NCBI GenBank assembly: GCA_001774685.1 | Contig: MFAS01000001.1 | Span: 479,557 to 543,556 of the forward strand | Reading direction: 5' to 3' | Origin: Candidatus Collierbacteria bacterium RIFOXYD2_FULL_45_13 | GTDB lineage: Bacteria; Patescibacteriota; Microgenomatia; UBA1400; MFAQ01 | Length of the DNA: 64,000 nucleotides | Shown here: one piece after another, positions 1 through 9,876 of the stretch | How the letters are laid out: the number at the start of each line of letters is the position of its first letter | How positions within the stretch are numbered: position 1 is the first letter of the stretch | Notes under the pieces: generated by a model | The model's database searches: none | Told to the model about the DNA's origin: nothing | Seen by the model: only the letters and a program-made list of their open reading frames with translations | Made by a program: the position numbers and the translations under genes

Positions 1-3000
1 TATCCAGTACACCTCTCACTTGTACCTTCAACAACGCCCGCGATACAGGGACAATAGTTGTTTACAAAGACGTCCAGGGGCCTGCCGGGGAGGACGTTAC
101 GGATAATTCAAATTATTTTGAAGTGAGTTTGGATTCCGGCACGGGACAAACTATTTCGGACAACCTCACGGTTACTTACAATGACATACCTGTTGGAAGT
201 CACACTATTACGGAATCATTAATCGATTCAGACTACACTCTTTACGGAATAAGCAATACTGCCGGAGGATCCGGAAATACTGGCGGACTAACACTTAATG
301 TTACCACCGGAACAAACAATGTCTATGTAACCAACAGACAGAAAACCGGAAAAATAATAGTCATTAAAGATGTTGTAAATCCTAACGGTGGTGAAGTTTC
401 AGATTCTCATCCCTTTACAGCCAATCTCAGCCCGGGAGGTCAATCCTCATCAATTGCTGAAGGAAGTAACGCAGAGTTTACCGTCAATCCGGGAACATAT
501 ACTGTTTCGGAATCCGAGGATGGAGATTACACAAACTTTGGGTGTCTAACTGCCACAGGAAAAACCGACATTGTTGTCGCTTCAGGCGGGGAAGTCTCCA
601 TCACATGCAAAAATCAACAGAAACCAGCCACCATCACAGTCTATAAAAATGTTTTGAAGGCCGATGGTGTCACTGAAGTGTCCGATTCAAACGTATTCTC
701 CGTCACCTTAAGTGGTGAAACTAAAGATTTTTCGGAAGGTAACCCTGCCGTCTTCACTGTTAACCCCGGAGGTCCTTATGCTGCGGTCGAATCTCCTGAA
801 ACAAATTATCTTTGGGTTAGCCAGGACGGTTCCGTGACTGTATTTTCAAACGGCAGTGGAACTATTAATATCGTCAACAAGCAAAAAGCCGGTATCATTT
901 CCGGATATAAGTTTGACGCAACCAGCGGTTTGGGAATTTTAAATTGGGTAATCAACTTAACCGGTGCCTCAACCTTGACGACCTACACAGACGCTTCCGG
1001 TTTCTATGAATTCTTAGGTCTTAATGTTGGATCTTATACCGTTTCTGAAGATCAACCATCTGACTGGACACCAGTCGGAGTCACTTCTTACGATCTCACC
1101 GTCACTCCGGGAGATGAGCTTCTACAGAACAACTTTACCAACTTCCAAAACGGTTCTATTTCCGGTTACAAATATCATGATCTCAACCGCAACGGTACCA
1201 AAGACACAGACGAACCGGAACTTGACGGTTGGAGTATAAATCTGACTGGATCAGCATCAAATTCGGTAGTCACCGGCGCAGGCGACTGGCCTGATGGATA
1301 TTACGAATTTACCAATCTTGGACCGGGTACCTACCATGTTTCCGAGGAAAATCAAAACGGTTGGGTCCAGGAGGAACCTTCGGATAACGATCACGAAATC
1401 GTGATGACTTCAGGGGGAAATTTTACCGGCACAAACTTCGGCAATTTCCACCTTGAGCCGGAGCTATCCATCAACAAAGTCTTAGCCACTACCAGCCCCT
1501 CAGAAATTTTGGTTGGCGAGACCGCCACTTTTGAAATTACGATTACTAACGAAGGCAATGTCACTCTCCAAAATCCAATTATCTACGACACCTACGATGC
1601 AAGTTTCTTGGAATTTGTTTCCAGTTCCCCGGTCGCTCCGACCACTCACACCGGCGCAGTAGCCGACACCTCCGACTACGATGAAGATGGCGACACTACC
1701 GAGCTTATCCGCGACTTAACTTGGGAACTTCCTGTTTCCTTGGCTCCCGGAGAGTCGTACACGCTCACCGTGGTTTTCACCGCTATCCAGGCGACCGCCG
1801 AGCCTACGCTGACCGGGAACGAAGTCTATATGACCGCCTGCTACGAACAATGTGGCGATGGGCAGAGCCTTGAGACTCCTACTGATAACGCCTTTGTAGA
1901 TATTGATTCACTGGGTGGAGTATCCGGCCAAAAATGGATTGACACCGACGGGGACAGCGAATGGGACGAGAATGAGTCCACTCTCAATGGCGTTACCATA
2001 AATCTTCTCAATTCCGATGACGAAGTTACAAACACTACCACCACAGAAGATAACGGCAGCTACAGCTTCACCGATCTAGCTACCGGAACCTATACGGTTT
2101 GTGAGGAAGTTCCCACCGGACACACCCAAACTTACCCCAATGGCTGTCACAGTATCACTGTTACGGATGATGGTGACACTTTCGAGGGTAAAAACTTCGG
2201 CAACGCACCTTTAACAAATATCCACGGCTACAAATGGAGCGACGTAGACGGCAACGGTATTCGTGGGGGCGAGGGCGAAGACCTGCTTGGCGGTTGGACC
2301 ATCTTCCTGGACGAAAACGGCAATGAACGGTTGGACGAAGGTGAGCAATCGGATGTGACCGATTCAGAAGGGCATCACCTGGGTTGGTACGTCTTCAACA
2401 ACCTCATCCCCGGTGTCTATTCCATCTGCGAAATCATACAACCTGGTTGGTCTCAAACCTTCCCGATCAATAGTGAGGTTCAATCCGTCTGTCACTCCAT
2501 TACTTTGCCAAATGACGACCAACAGTCCGAAAACGGTACTGTTGGACCAGAATATCACTTTGGTAACGTCCGAATTGAGCCCGTAATTCAAATAAGTAAA
2601 ACCAACTTCGCCGGTGGAGACAAGACGCCCGGTGGGTCAGTTGGCTACCGAATTCTTATCAACATTTTGGACGCCGATGTAAACAATCTAGTCGTCAAAG
2701 ATCTTCTTCCCAAAGGTTTCGTCTACCGTACCGGCTCTTACCAAGTCGTCATCAACGAACTTGATGTTACCGGCGCCTTCTCAGCCCCTACCTACAGCTC
2801 TCCAGGTACCTGGAATCTGGGTAACGTTCACAAAGGTGACAATATCGAGCTTTTCTACACTGCCGATATTTCCTCAGATGAGTACCCCGGTACATACTTT
2901 GATGTTGCCATGGCACAAGGAAATTCTCTCAGCGGTTCAGAGGTTGTTGCCTTAGCGCAACTCGAAGGTTACATCGCTGACAACTTCGTTGGCACTAGCG

Positions 3001-3176
3001 TCAAAGTCGTCAAAGACCAGACTCGTGCCGAAGTCTACGATGTCGAGAAAAAAGTTGAAGGTCAAGTCCTCGGTGCCTCCACCAGTCTTCCGGCTACCGG
3101 AGCCAACGAACTATGGCTCCTGGCCTCGCTGATCTCCCTCTACTTTGGTCTTAGATTAATAAGAGCATCCAAATAA
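1..3176 (+). CDS. Giant LPXTG-anchored surface adhesin with DUF11 and Cna-B/SdrD-B-like repeats (5' end outside window)
   Basis: The frame is open from nt 3, and the upstream peptide TIVVYKDVQGPAGEDVTDNSNYFEV repeats the internal KIIVIKDVVNPNGGEVSD and TITVYKNVLKADGVTEVSD modules. There are repeated GYKW/GYKY..D.D.NG..D..E..L.GW SdrD-B-like units and a DUF11-like ISKTNFAGGDKTPGG..Y stretch. The C-terminus has LPATG (3087..3101) followed by a hydrophobic segment and an RLIRASK basic tail, which is a sortase cell-wall sorting signal. Confidence 0.8.
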   Translation, partial: SSTPLTCTFNNARDTGTIVVYKDVQGPAGEDVTDNSNYFEVSLDSGTGQTISDNLTVTYNDIPVGSHTITESLIDSDYTLYGISNTAGGSGNTGGLTLNVTTGTNNVYVTNRQKTGKIIVIKDVVNPNGGEVSDSHPFTANLSPGGQSSSIAEGSNAEFTVNPGTYTVSESEDGDYTNFGCLTATGKTDIVVASGGEVSITCKNQQKPATITVYKNVLKADGVTEVSDSNVFSVTLSGETKDFSEGNPAVFTVNPGGPYAAVESPETNYLWVSQDGSVTVFSNGSGTINIVNKQKAGIISGYKFDATSGLGILNWVINLTGASTLTTYTDASGFYEFLGLNVGSYTVSEDQPSDWTPVGVTSYDLTVTPGDELLQNNFTNFQNGSISGYKYHDLNRNGTKDTDEPELDGWSINLTGSASNSVVTGAGDWPDGYYEFTNLGPGTYHVSEENQNGWVQEEPSDNDHEIVMTSGGNFTGTNFGNFHLEPELSINKVLATTSPSEILVGETATFEITITNEGNVTLQNPIIYDTYDASFLEFVSSSPVAPTTHTGAVADTSDYDEDGDTTELIRDLTWELPVSLAPGESYTLTVVFTAIQATAEPTLTGNEVYMTACYEQCGDGQSLETPTDNAFVDIDSLGGVSGQKWIDTDGDSEWDENESTLNGVTINLLNSDDEVTNTTTTEDNGSYSFTDLATGTYTVCEEVPTGHTQTYPNGCHSITVTDDGDTFEGKNFGNAPLTNIHGYKWSDVDGNGIRGGEGEDLLGGWTIFLDENGNERLDEGEQSDVTDSEGHHLGWYVFNNLIPGVYSICEIIQPGWSQTFPINSEVQSVCHSITLPNDDQQSENGTVGPEYHFGNVRIEPVIQISKTNFAGGDKTPGGSVGYRILINILDADVNNLVVKDLLPKGFVYRTGSYQVVINELDVTGAFSAPTYSSPGTWNLGNVHKGDNIELFYTADISSDEYPGTYFDVAMAQGNSLSGSEVVALAQLEGYIADNFVGTSVKVVKDQTRAEVYDVEKKVEGQVLGASTSLPATGANELWLLASLISLYFGLRLIRASK

Positions 3177-3177
3177 A

Positions 3178-4143
3178 ATGAAACTAAAACTATTTCTTCT
3201 TGCTGCCCTTGCGGTATATATCTTCCCAAATGTTATTTTCGCCGCGAGTTTCTCGCTTACCATCGATCGGCCGAAATCCCCCTCAAGAATTGATAACTTC
3301 AATCTGACCGGCACATCCTTAGATCGGCCGAACGCGACTAGGAACATTACCGTTAAATGTTACAAGAAGGGTCCGTCAGACAGCAACTTCGTTCAATTTG
3401 ATACAGATCAGATTTTGATTCCGGGAGGAAATGTGTATTCATGTTCTGTCAACAATAGTACTTTGAATTCGGATGGAGTCTATTCTTTCAAAACAGTCGC
3501 CTCGGTAAGCGAACCGTCATTTGAACAGTTGACAAGCGACATTGTTAATTATGACTACAACACCTCCGGACCGAGTACTCCGGTCAATTACTCCAAAGAG
3601 CGCCTTAATAGTTGCGATTACAAGATCAAGTTTAAGACCGCCGATGATGGCAAGACCGTCAAAGTCCAGATTTTCCGTTCCGACACTCTCAGCATTCATG
3701 TCGACGCTGGTGCTGTGCTGACTTCCGTCAATATCTCACCGAACACCGAAGGGGAAATTACCAACAGTGTTCCGATTTGTGGCAAGGATTATTACTACGT
3801 TATCAGAGCTGTAGATAGCTCAGACAACGCTTCCGGCACTATCGGCGATAGTTTCACGACTACCACGACCACGAGTACCACCACCGGCTCTGTCGCCGGA
3901 AGTCAAACTGGTGGGACGGGTGCCATAGTTCTCACCGACGCTTCTGCTCAGGTCGCCGAACCGGGTCAAACAACTTCCGATACACCGGAACCAATTATCG
4001 ATAACTCTCAAGCCCCCACACCCTCGATTCTCGGTACTTCTACCGAAGACCGGAAAAAAATCACCAAGTGGTTGTTGGGAGCCGCAGCTATTATCGTCGG
4101 TTATCTGCTAATGAAGGCCCGCCGTAGATCAAAATCGAAGTAG
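3178..4143 (+). CDS. Secreted Ser/Thr-rich surface protein, Fn3-like, with C-terminal membrane anchor
   Basis: The N-terminal signal peptide is MKLKLFLLAALAVYIFPNVIFA. There is a T/S-rich linker (TTTTTSTTTGS), and the C-terminus is a hydrophobic helix plus a KARRRSKSK tail. No LPXTG motif is seen. Confidence 0.6.
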   Translation: MKLKLFLLAALAVYIFPNVIFAASFSLTIDRPKSPSRIDNFNLTGTSLDRPNATRNITVKCYKKGPSDSNFVQFDTDQILIPGGNVYSCSVNNSTLNSDGVYSFKTVASVSEPSFEQLTSDIVNYDYNTSGPSTPVNYSKERLNSCDYKIKFKTADDGKTVKVQIFRSDTLSIHVDAGAVLTSVNISPNTEGEITNSVPICGKDYYYVIRAVDSSDNASGTIGDSFTTTTTTSTTTGSVAGSQTGGTGAIVLTDASAQVAEPGQTTSDTPEPIIDNSQAPTPSILGTSTEDRKKITKWLLGAAAIIVGYLLMKARRRSKSK

Positions 4144-4152
4144 AATAGAATT

Positions 4153-4725
4153 GTGAAATATTTACTCGGCATTGCTCTCATTATCTTTGCCTTTGTTGTC
4201 TTGGGGGGAACTTTCCTCCCTGTTCTTCAGCAAGAGATCAGTTACGATCTGGCCAAGTATCAAAATCCATCCGACATCAAAGACCTCAAACCTCTGGATA
4301 CCGATTTCGGTGTCATCATTCCCAAGATTGGAGCCAACGCTCATGTCATCAAGAACGTCGATCCATACAACTCAGTCATATATCAGTCCGCACTTACCGG
4401 GGGAGTGGCTCACGCCAAAGGATCAGCCTTACCTGGCCAAACGGGTAATATCTTTTTATTTTCTCATTCTTCCGCCGATTTTCTCAACGCTACGAAATAC
4501 AACTCTATTTTCTATCTTCTAAGCAAGATGGAAAAAGATGATCCTATCAAACTATTTTACGAGGATAAAGAGTTCAGTTATCTTGTCCAAACGAAACAGA
4601 TTGTGGCTTCTGACGCCATTCAATTTTTAACCTATGAAGCCAAAGCGGAGACCCTTACTCTGATGACTTGTTGGCCCCCGGGAACATCGCTGAGGCGTCT
4701 CATCGTTCAGGCCACCAGACTGTAG
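4153..4725 (+). CDS. Sortase (transpeptidase), class A/E-like
   Basis: It has an N-terminal TM anchor, a conserved His in NIFLFSHS, the catalytic TLxTC motif (TLTLMTCWP) and a downstream conserved Arg (SLRRL). It sits directly downstream of the LPATG protein. Confidence 0.8.
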   Translation: MKYLLGIALIIFAFVVLGGTFLPVLQQEISYDLAKYQNPSDIKDLKPLDTDFGVIIPKIGANAHVIKNVDPYNSVIYQSALTGGVAHAKGSALPGQTGNIFLFSHSSADFLNATKYNSIFYLLSKMEKDDPIKLFYEDKEFSYLVQTKQIVASDAIQFLTYEAKAETLTLMTCWPPGTSLRRLIVQATRL

Positions 4726-4802
4726 TGTGCCGCACTCCCAGGTCTATTGTTTATCCTAACAATCCATCTTATAATTGCCACATTGAATTTTATCTTACAA
4801 AA

Positions 4803-6476
4803 ATGCTAATTTCAGATTCTGACCTAATCAAGCTGGTTCTCCATAAAAAGTTACTTTCCAAAAAAGACCTGGAGAACATAAAAGGGGGACAGAAGGAGTC
4901 ATCAGATTCCCTGCTCAGTCTTATTATGAACTCAGGTCTGGTCGCTGAGGAAGCCCTCTACTTGGAAATCGCTCGCAATCTTCACCTACCATACACCAAA
5001 CTCTCTCCGTCTAAAATCGAAAAAACCATTCTCGGTCTTCTTCCGGAAAAGGTCGCTAGAAATAAAAAGGCGATCGTTTTTGACCGGGATAAAAAATGTC
5101 TTAAGATAGCCGTTTCGGATTCCTCGAACAAGGAGCTCATTGGCCTCATCTCACAAAAGACCGGTCAGCGGGTTAAGCTATACTTGACCTTACCCTCCGA
5201 GATAAAAAAAATCCTCCCTCTCTATAGACTCCCTTTGCAGAAAGCGATAGATAATATTTTGAAAGACAAGTCCGATCTTGGTTTAGAAGCAGCTCCGGTT
5301 AAAAAAATTGTCGACTTACTCATTCTCTACGCTTATCAGGACGGAGCCTCCGATATTCATGTCGAGCCGGAGGAAAATAGTTTCGTCATCCGCTACCGTA
5401 TCGACGGCATTCTTCACGACGTTCTCACTCTTCCAAAAGACCTGTTGGACAGAGTCGCTACTCGTGTCAAAGTCCTGTCCCGCTTAAGAACCGATGAACA
5501 TCAAAATCCTCAAGACGGTAAGTTCAGGTTTCCCCTGGAAGAGGAGAATCTGGATCTTCGTGTTTCCATTATTCCGGTGGCCGATGGCGAAAAAGTGGTG
5601 ATGAGACTCTTAACTTCCAAGTCCCGCGAATATTCACTGGAAAATATTGGCTTTAACCCCATCGACTTAAAAACCATTCAAAAAGCCCTCAATCGTTCAT
5701 ACGGCATGATTCTTTCCACCGGACCCACAGGGTCGGGCAAGACCACCACCATCTATGCTCTAATCAAAACTCTAAACACCAGAGAAAGGAACATCACCAC
5801 AATCGAAGATCCCGTGGAGTACCGCATCAAAGGAGTGAATCAAATTCAGGTAAATCCAAAAACTAACCTCACCTTTGCCAACGGTTTGGGGTCTATTCTT
5901 CGTCAAGATCCCAATATTATCTTCGTTGGTGAAGTTCGCGATAGTGAGACAGCGGCTATTGCCGTCAATGCCGCCCTTACCGGTCACTTGGTTTTCTCCA
6001 CTCTCCACACCTCAGACGCTGTCGGGGCAGTTCCTCGTTTACTGGACATGGGGATAGAGCCCTTTCTCCTGACCTCCACCGTTAATGTTATCGTTGCCCA
6101 GAGACTTCTAAGGAAAGTGTGTGATGACTGCAAAGAATCCCTTGTTATCTCCCGCAAAGAACTAGCCAAGAATATCCCCCAGGATTCCATCAAGCGTATT
6201 TTTGGTTCTTCACAAAAAATCAAAATATTCCAGGGAAAAGGTTGCCCCACTTGTCACCAAACTGGCTATCTCGGTCGGGTGGGCATCGTTGAGGTTTTAA
6301 CCATGACCAAAAATATCAAAAAAATGATCATCGAAGGTCGAGACTCCGATCAAATATTAGAGGTTGCTGTCAAAGAAGGTATGGTTACCATGTTCGATGA
6401 TGGCCTAAAAAAAGCCGGTATGGGCATAACCACTATTGGGGAAGTGCTTCGAGTTACCAAGATTGAATCTTTATGA
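4803..6476 (+). CDS. pilB: Type IV pilus assembly ATPase PilB/GspE family
   Basis: It has a T2SSE_N-like N-terminus, Walker A GPTGSGKTT, Asp box, His box and a C-terminal tetracysteine (CDDC...CPTC). The internal ATG at 4803 was chosen because the ORF-track start at 4668 overlaps the sortase gene. Confidence 0.85.
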   Translation: MLISDSDLIKLVLHKKLLSKKDLENIKGGQKESSDSLLSLIMNSGLVAEEALYLEIARNLHLPYTKLSPSKIEKTILGLLPEKVARNKKAIVFDRDKKCLKIAVSDSSNKELIGLISQKTGQRVKLYLTLPSEIKKILPLYRLPLQKAIDNILKDKSDLGLEAAPVKKIVDLLILYAYQDGASDIHVEPEENSFVIRYRIDGILHDVLTLPKDLLDRVATRVKVLSRLRTDEHQNPQDGKFRFPLEEENLDLRVSIIPVADGEKVVMRLLTSKSREYSLENIGFNPIDLKTIQKALNRSYGMILSTGPTGSGKTTTIYALIKTLNTRERNITTIEDPVEYRIKGVNQIQVNPKTNLTFANGLGSILRQDPNIIFVGEVRDSETAAIAVNAALTGHLVFSTLHTSDAVGAVPRLLDMGIEPFLLTSTVNVIVAQRLLRKVCDDCKESLVISRKELAKNIPQDSIKRIFGSSQKIKIFQGKGCPTCHQTGYLGRVGIVEVLTMTKNIKKMIIEGRDSDQILEVAVKEGMVTMFDDGLKKAGMGITTIGEVLRVTKIESL

Positions 6477-7528
6477 AAACCTTAGACAAAGTTAGAATTA
6501 GCAACAACGACAAGTTAAACTTTCTTTCCAGCTTAGTCACCATGTTGAATGCCGGATTATCTGTTCTAGAGATAGTGGGATCTTTGGCTGAGGAGTCACA
6601 GGGTAATCTCAAAATATTTCTGGACGAACTTTACGAGGATATCTCTCAGGGACATACCATTTCGTCCACCATGTCCAAATTCCCTCGGATTTTCGACAAA
6701 ATCACCGTTAACGTTATTCGTTCCGCCGAAGAAAGCGGCACTTTGGAATCCACCATTCGGGAAGTCGAGTTAAGCCTAGAAAAATCCATCAAGTTTAACG
6801 ACAAGATCAAATCAGCGATGCTGTATCCCATGGTTGTCACCATCGTGTTCTTTGTAATTGTTATCGGTATTCTTGTTTTCGTCATCCCCAAAGTTACTTC
6901 AGTCTTTATTACTCTCAACATTGATCTGCCCTTACCCACCAAGATTCTCCTTTTTATCTCCAATATTCTAACTCAGCATACCTTGATTCTCTTAGCCTCA
7001 CTTCTCGTACTGGGTGCAGGAACCTTTTTAATCTATTTAAAGAAGCGTACCTGGTTCATCAATCGTCTAATCTCTCTTCCCTTTATCTCCAAGATTGTCG
7101 CCGATATTGATCTGGCCAGATTTTCTCACAACCTATCTCTTTTGCTGGACGCCGGCATCCCCATTATCACCAGTTTGGACTTGACCAGAGAAGTCATTAT
7201 CAGAGAAGATATCAGACTAGCCATAGAAGATACCAAAGAAATGGTTTCGTCAGGGAAAAGAATGTCCGAAGGTTTCAAAAAAGCCAAAAAGTTATTTCCC
7301 AAACTTATGGTTCTCATTGCCGATGCGGGGGAACACTCTGGATCTTTAAGTACGTCCATGGAATATATTTCCAAACATCTCGAATATCAGGTCGAGAAAA
7401 GACTGTTCTCGGCCGCCACCTTGATTGAGCCGGTCATGCTCGTCATTATTGGCTTGGTCGTTGGGGGGATGATGCTATCGATCATTAGCCCGATTTACTC
7501 TTTAATTGGCCAAATTGGACCACACTAA
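6473..7528 (+). CDS. pilC: Type IV pilus inner-membrane platform protein PilC/GspF
   Basis: It has a duplicated T2SSF domain architecture with three TM segments, and its start overlaps the pilB stop by 4 nt. Confidence 0.8.
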   Translation: MKTLDKVRISNNDKLNFLSSLVTMLNAGLSVLEIVGSLAEESQGNLKIFLDELYEDISQGHTISSTMSKFPRIFDKITVNVIRSAEESGTLESTIREVELSLEKSIKFNDKIKSAMLYPMVVTIVFFVIVIGILVFVIPKVTSVFITLNIDLPLPTKILLFISNILTQHTLILLASLLVLGAGTFLIYLKKRTWFINRLISLPFISKIVADIDLARFSHNLSLLLDAGIPIITSLDLTREVIIREDIRLAIEDTKEMVSSGKRMSEGFKKAKKLFPKLMVLIADAGEHSGSLSTSMEYISKHLEYQVEKRLFSAATLIEPVMLVIIGLVVGGMMLSIISPIYSLIGQIGPH

Positions 7529-7530
7529 AG

Positions 7531-8007
7531 ATGAGCCATCCCATCCACCATTCCGGACACACTTTAATCGAACTTCTGGTTGTCATGGGTATGTTCACTA
7601 TCCTTTTTGCCGTCTCTTCATTTAACCTTCTGGGGGCCAGATCGCACACCTCTTTGGGTACCACTGTCGACACCTTGCTTACCGATCTTCGTGGCCAACA
7701 AACCCGCGCCATGAACGGAGATACAGGCGGAAGCGGTTCTCCTTCAGACTACGGAGTCCATTTCTTGACGAATGGCTACACTCTCTTCCAAGCACCATAT
7801 TCTCCCTCCGATCCCTCAAATCTTACGGTGTCACTCGACGATGTCGTTATTACCAACACTTTTCCTTCGGACGAGGTTGTCTTTACCCGAGGCAGTGGCG
7901 AGGTTGCTGGGGGTGGTGCTTCAATCCGTCTCACCGGGACCACTTCTCCGGTAGGCCCCCTGATTATTACTCTCAATCGTTTTGGTGTTATTCAGTCAGT
8001 TAATTAA
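7531..8007 (+). CDS. Pseudopilin (GspH/FimT-like minor pilin)
   Basis: The N-terminal prepilin-type segment is GHTLIELLVVMGMFTIL (class III signal, Glu at +5). Confidence 0.65.
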   Translation: MSHPIHHSGHTLIELLVVMGMFTILFAVSSFNLLGARSHTSLGTTVDTLLTDLRGQQTRAMNGDTGGSGSPSDYGVHFLTNGYTLFQAPYSPSDPSNLTVSLDDVVITNTFPSDEVVFTRGSGEVAGGGASIRLTGTTSPVGPLIITLNRFGVIQSVN

Positions 8008-9876
8008 ATGACGAACACTAATCACAAAGGCCAGTCACTTATCGAACTTCTCGTCACCATGGGCTTGCTGACAATTTTTATGCCGGCTCTGGTCAGTGGT
8101 CTGGGTGCTTCTCGTCTCGGCAAAGCTCAACAATCACAAAGATTGGATGCTTTGGAAATACTCAAGGAAACCGAGGAAGCTACTCGCGCCGTGAGGGACA
8201 ATGACTGGGAGAATGTCAAAACCGACGGCACTTATCATCCGAACATTTCCGGAAACACCTGGATATTAAGCTCTGGAACGGATAATGTAAACGGTTTTAC
8301 CAGATCAATAGCCATTAGCGGTGTCCTGAGGGACTCTAGTACCGGAGTTATCTCTCCCACTGGTACCATTCCGGATCCCTCGGTTAAAAAAGTTGACTTA
8401 AGAATTTCTTGGACTACTCCAAATTATTCACATTTGGACACCACCTTTTATCTATCCAGATTCGTCGACAACACTGCTCTTCCAGGTTCAGGTACAATCC
8501 AACCACTTTCTGGTCACGGCGACTGGTGCAACCCTTTAACCGATAATTACAACCGTTTAAATCTTTACCACTCAAGCCAACCCAGTAGCATTATTGCCGG
8601 AATTAACAAGGTGTATGTCGGTACCACCAAAGACTCTTCGGGTTATGCCTTTGACGATGTCAGTATCGATCACAGCATAACCCCTTTTGCTCTCACTGGA
8701 GAAACAAATTACCAAAGTCCAGGATTACGGGCGAACGATGTTTTTACGGAATCAATCTATGCCTATATCGCTCCTGATAGTAACAATCAAGATGAAGTGA
8801 TCATTCTTGATGTTTCGGGAGCCAATCCCTCTCTTATTTCAGCGGTGAACTTCAACGGCAACAAAGGATCCAAGACACTTTATGTCTCGCACAACTCGAT
8901 AGTTAACAAAGATATTCTGTTCTTTGTTGCTTCCAACAACAATTTGTATTCATATGACATAACTGATCGCAATAATCCGATCGCCAAAGGCGTGCTTTTC
9001 GTTGGGGATACGAGCAGAATATTTGTAGTAGACAATTATGTCTTCTTAGCTCAAATATCCACGGCAAACCAGTTTCAAATCATCGACGCTTCGGATCCCA
9101 CTAATCTAAGAAAACCAGGAGGAAAGGGGTTCCTAAAACTAAACGACCAACCGGGGCAAGATGTGTTTGTAAATATTGATGGCACAAGAGCCTATTTTAT
9201 TACTCGAAAATCAGACTTAAATCCAGAGTTTTTTATTATAAATATTTCCGACAAAACCAATCCAGTCCAAATCGGTACCGGTTATGATACATATCTCCCT
9301 TCTGACCTCACCAAACAAATGGACCCAAAAGGGGTTACGGTAATTAACAAAAGAGCCATTGTCGTGGGTTTTGGTAGTCCACCTTATCAAGTATTTAGGA
9401 TTGAGAGTGATAATTATGATCTGTGCAAAGCAGTTACTACCCTAGGATCCTTTACTGTGGACAATTTATATGATGTTTCGTCTATTCTTAATAATGGTCA
9501 CGCTTATTCATACCTGATTGCGGACAACTCATCGGCAGAACTTCAAATAATTGAAGGGGGGAGCGGGGAACCGGGAGGTAGTGGTATGTATGAGTCGAGT
9601 ACTTTCGATGCCGGGCACGATGTTGCCTGGAACAACTTTACCGCCACGTCTGATCCAAATCTCTCTTACAAGTTCTCTCTCAAACACGGCTCTAGCGGTA
9701 GTTGTACGGGCGTAACCTTTACCGATACCGACTTTAATACTTTTACACCAGGACCTCTACCTCTTACCACTATTGGCTCAGGCTACACCAACCCGGCTCA
9801 ATGTATGCGTTATCGAGTGGTTAACTCTGGGTCGACTGCCGCCAGCTACACTATCACCATCAATTACTCACCATGA
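8008..9876 (+). CDS. Large pilin-like protein: prepilin N-terminus fused to LVIVD-type beta-propeller domain
   Basis: The N-terminus GQSLIELLVTMGLLTIF is a prepilin methylation-type helix. Residues about 195-430 carry reiterated VIILDVSGANP, IFVVDNY, FQIIDASDPTN and FFIINISDKTNP motifs, typical of LVIVD beta-propeller blades. Confidence 0.6.
   Translation: MTNTNHKGQSLIELLVTMGLLTIFMPALVSGLGASRLGKAQQSQRLDALEILKETEEATRAVRDNDWENVKTDGTYHPNISGNTWILSSGTDNVNGFTRSIAISGVLRDSSTGVISPTGTIPDPSVKKVDLRISWTTPNYSHLDTTFYLSRFVDNTALPGSGTIQPLSGHGDWCNPLTDNYNRLNLYHSSQPSSIIAGINKVYVGTTKDSSGYAFDDVSIDHSITPFALTGETNYQSPGLRANDVFTESIYAYIAPDSNNQDEVIILDVSGANPSLISAVNFNGNKGSKTLYVSHNSIVNKDILFFVASNNNLYSYDITDRNNPIAKGVLFVGDTSRIFVVDNYVFLAQISTANQFQIIDASDPTNLRKPGGKGFLKLNDQPGQDVFVNIDGTRAYFITRKSDLNPEFFIINISDKTNPVQIGTGYDTYLPSDLTKQMDPKGVTVINKRAIVVGFGSPPYQVFRIESDNYDLCKAVTTLGSFTVDNLYDVSSILNNGHAYSYLIADNSSAELQIIEGGSGEPGGSGMYESSTFDAGHDVAWNNFTATSDPNLSYKFSLKHGSSGSCTGVTFTDTDFNTFTPGPLPLTTIGSGYTNPAQCMRYRVVNSGSTAASYTITINYSP

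Noticed and set aside
4668-4802. ORF-track start of pilB at 4668 overlapping the sortase gene
   Set aside because: The N-terminal 45 codons lack PilB similarity and overlap the sortase C-terminus. The in-frame ATG at 4803 begins the T2SSE_N-like sequence.
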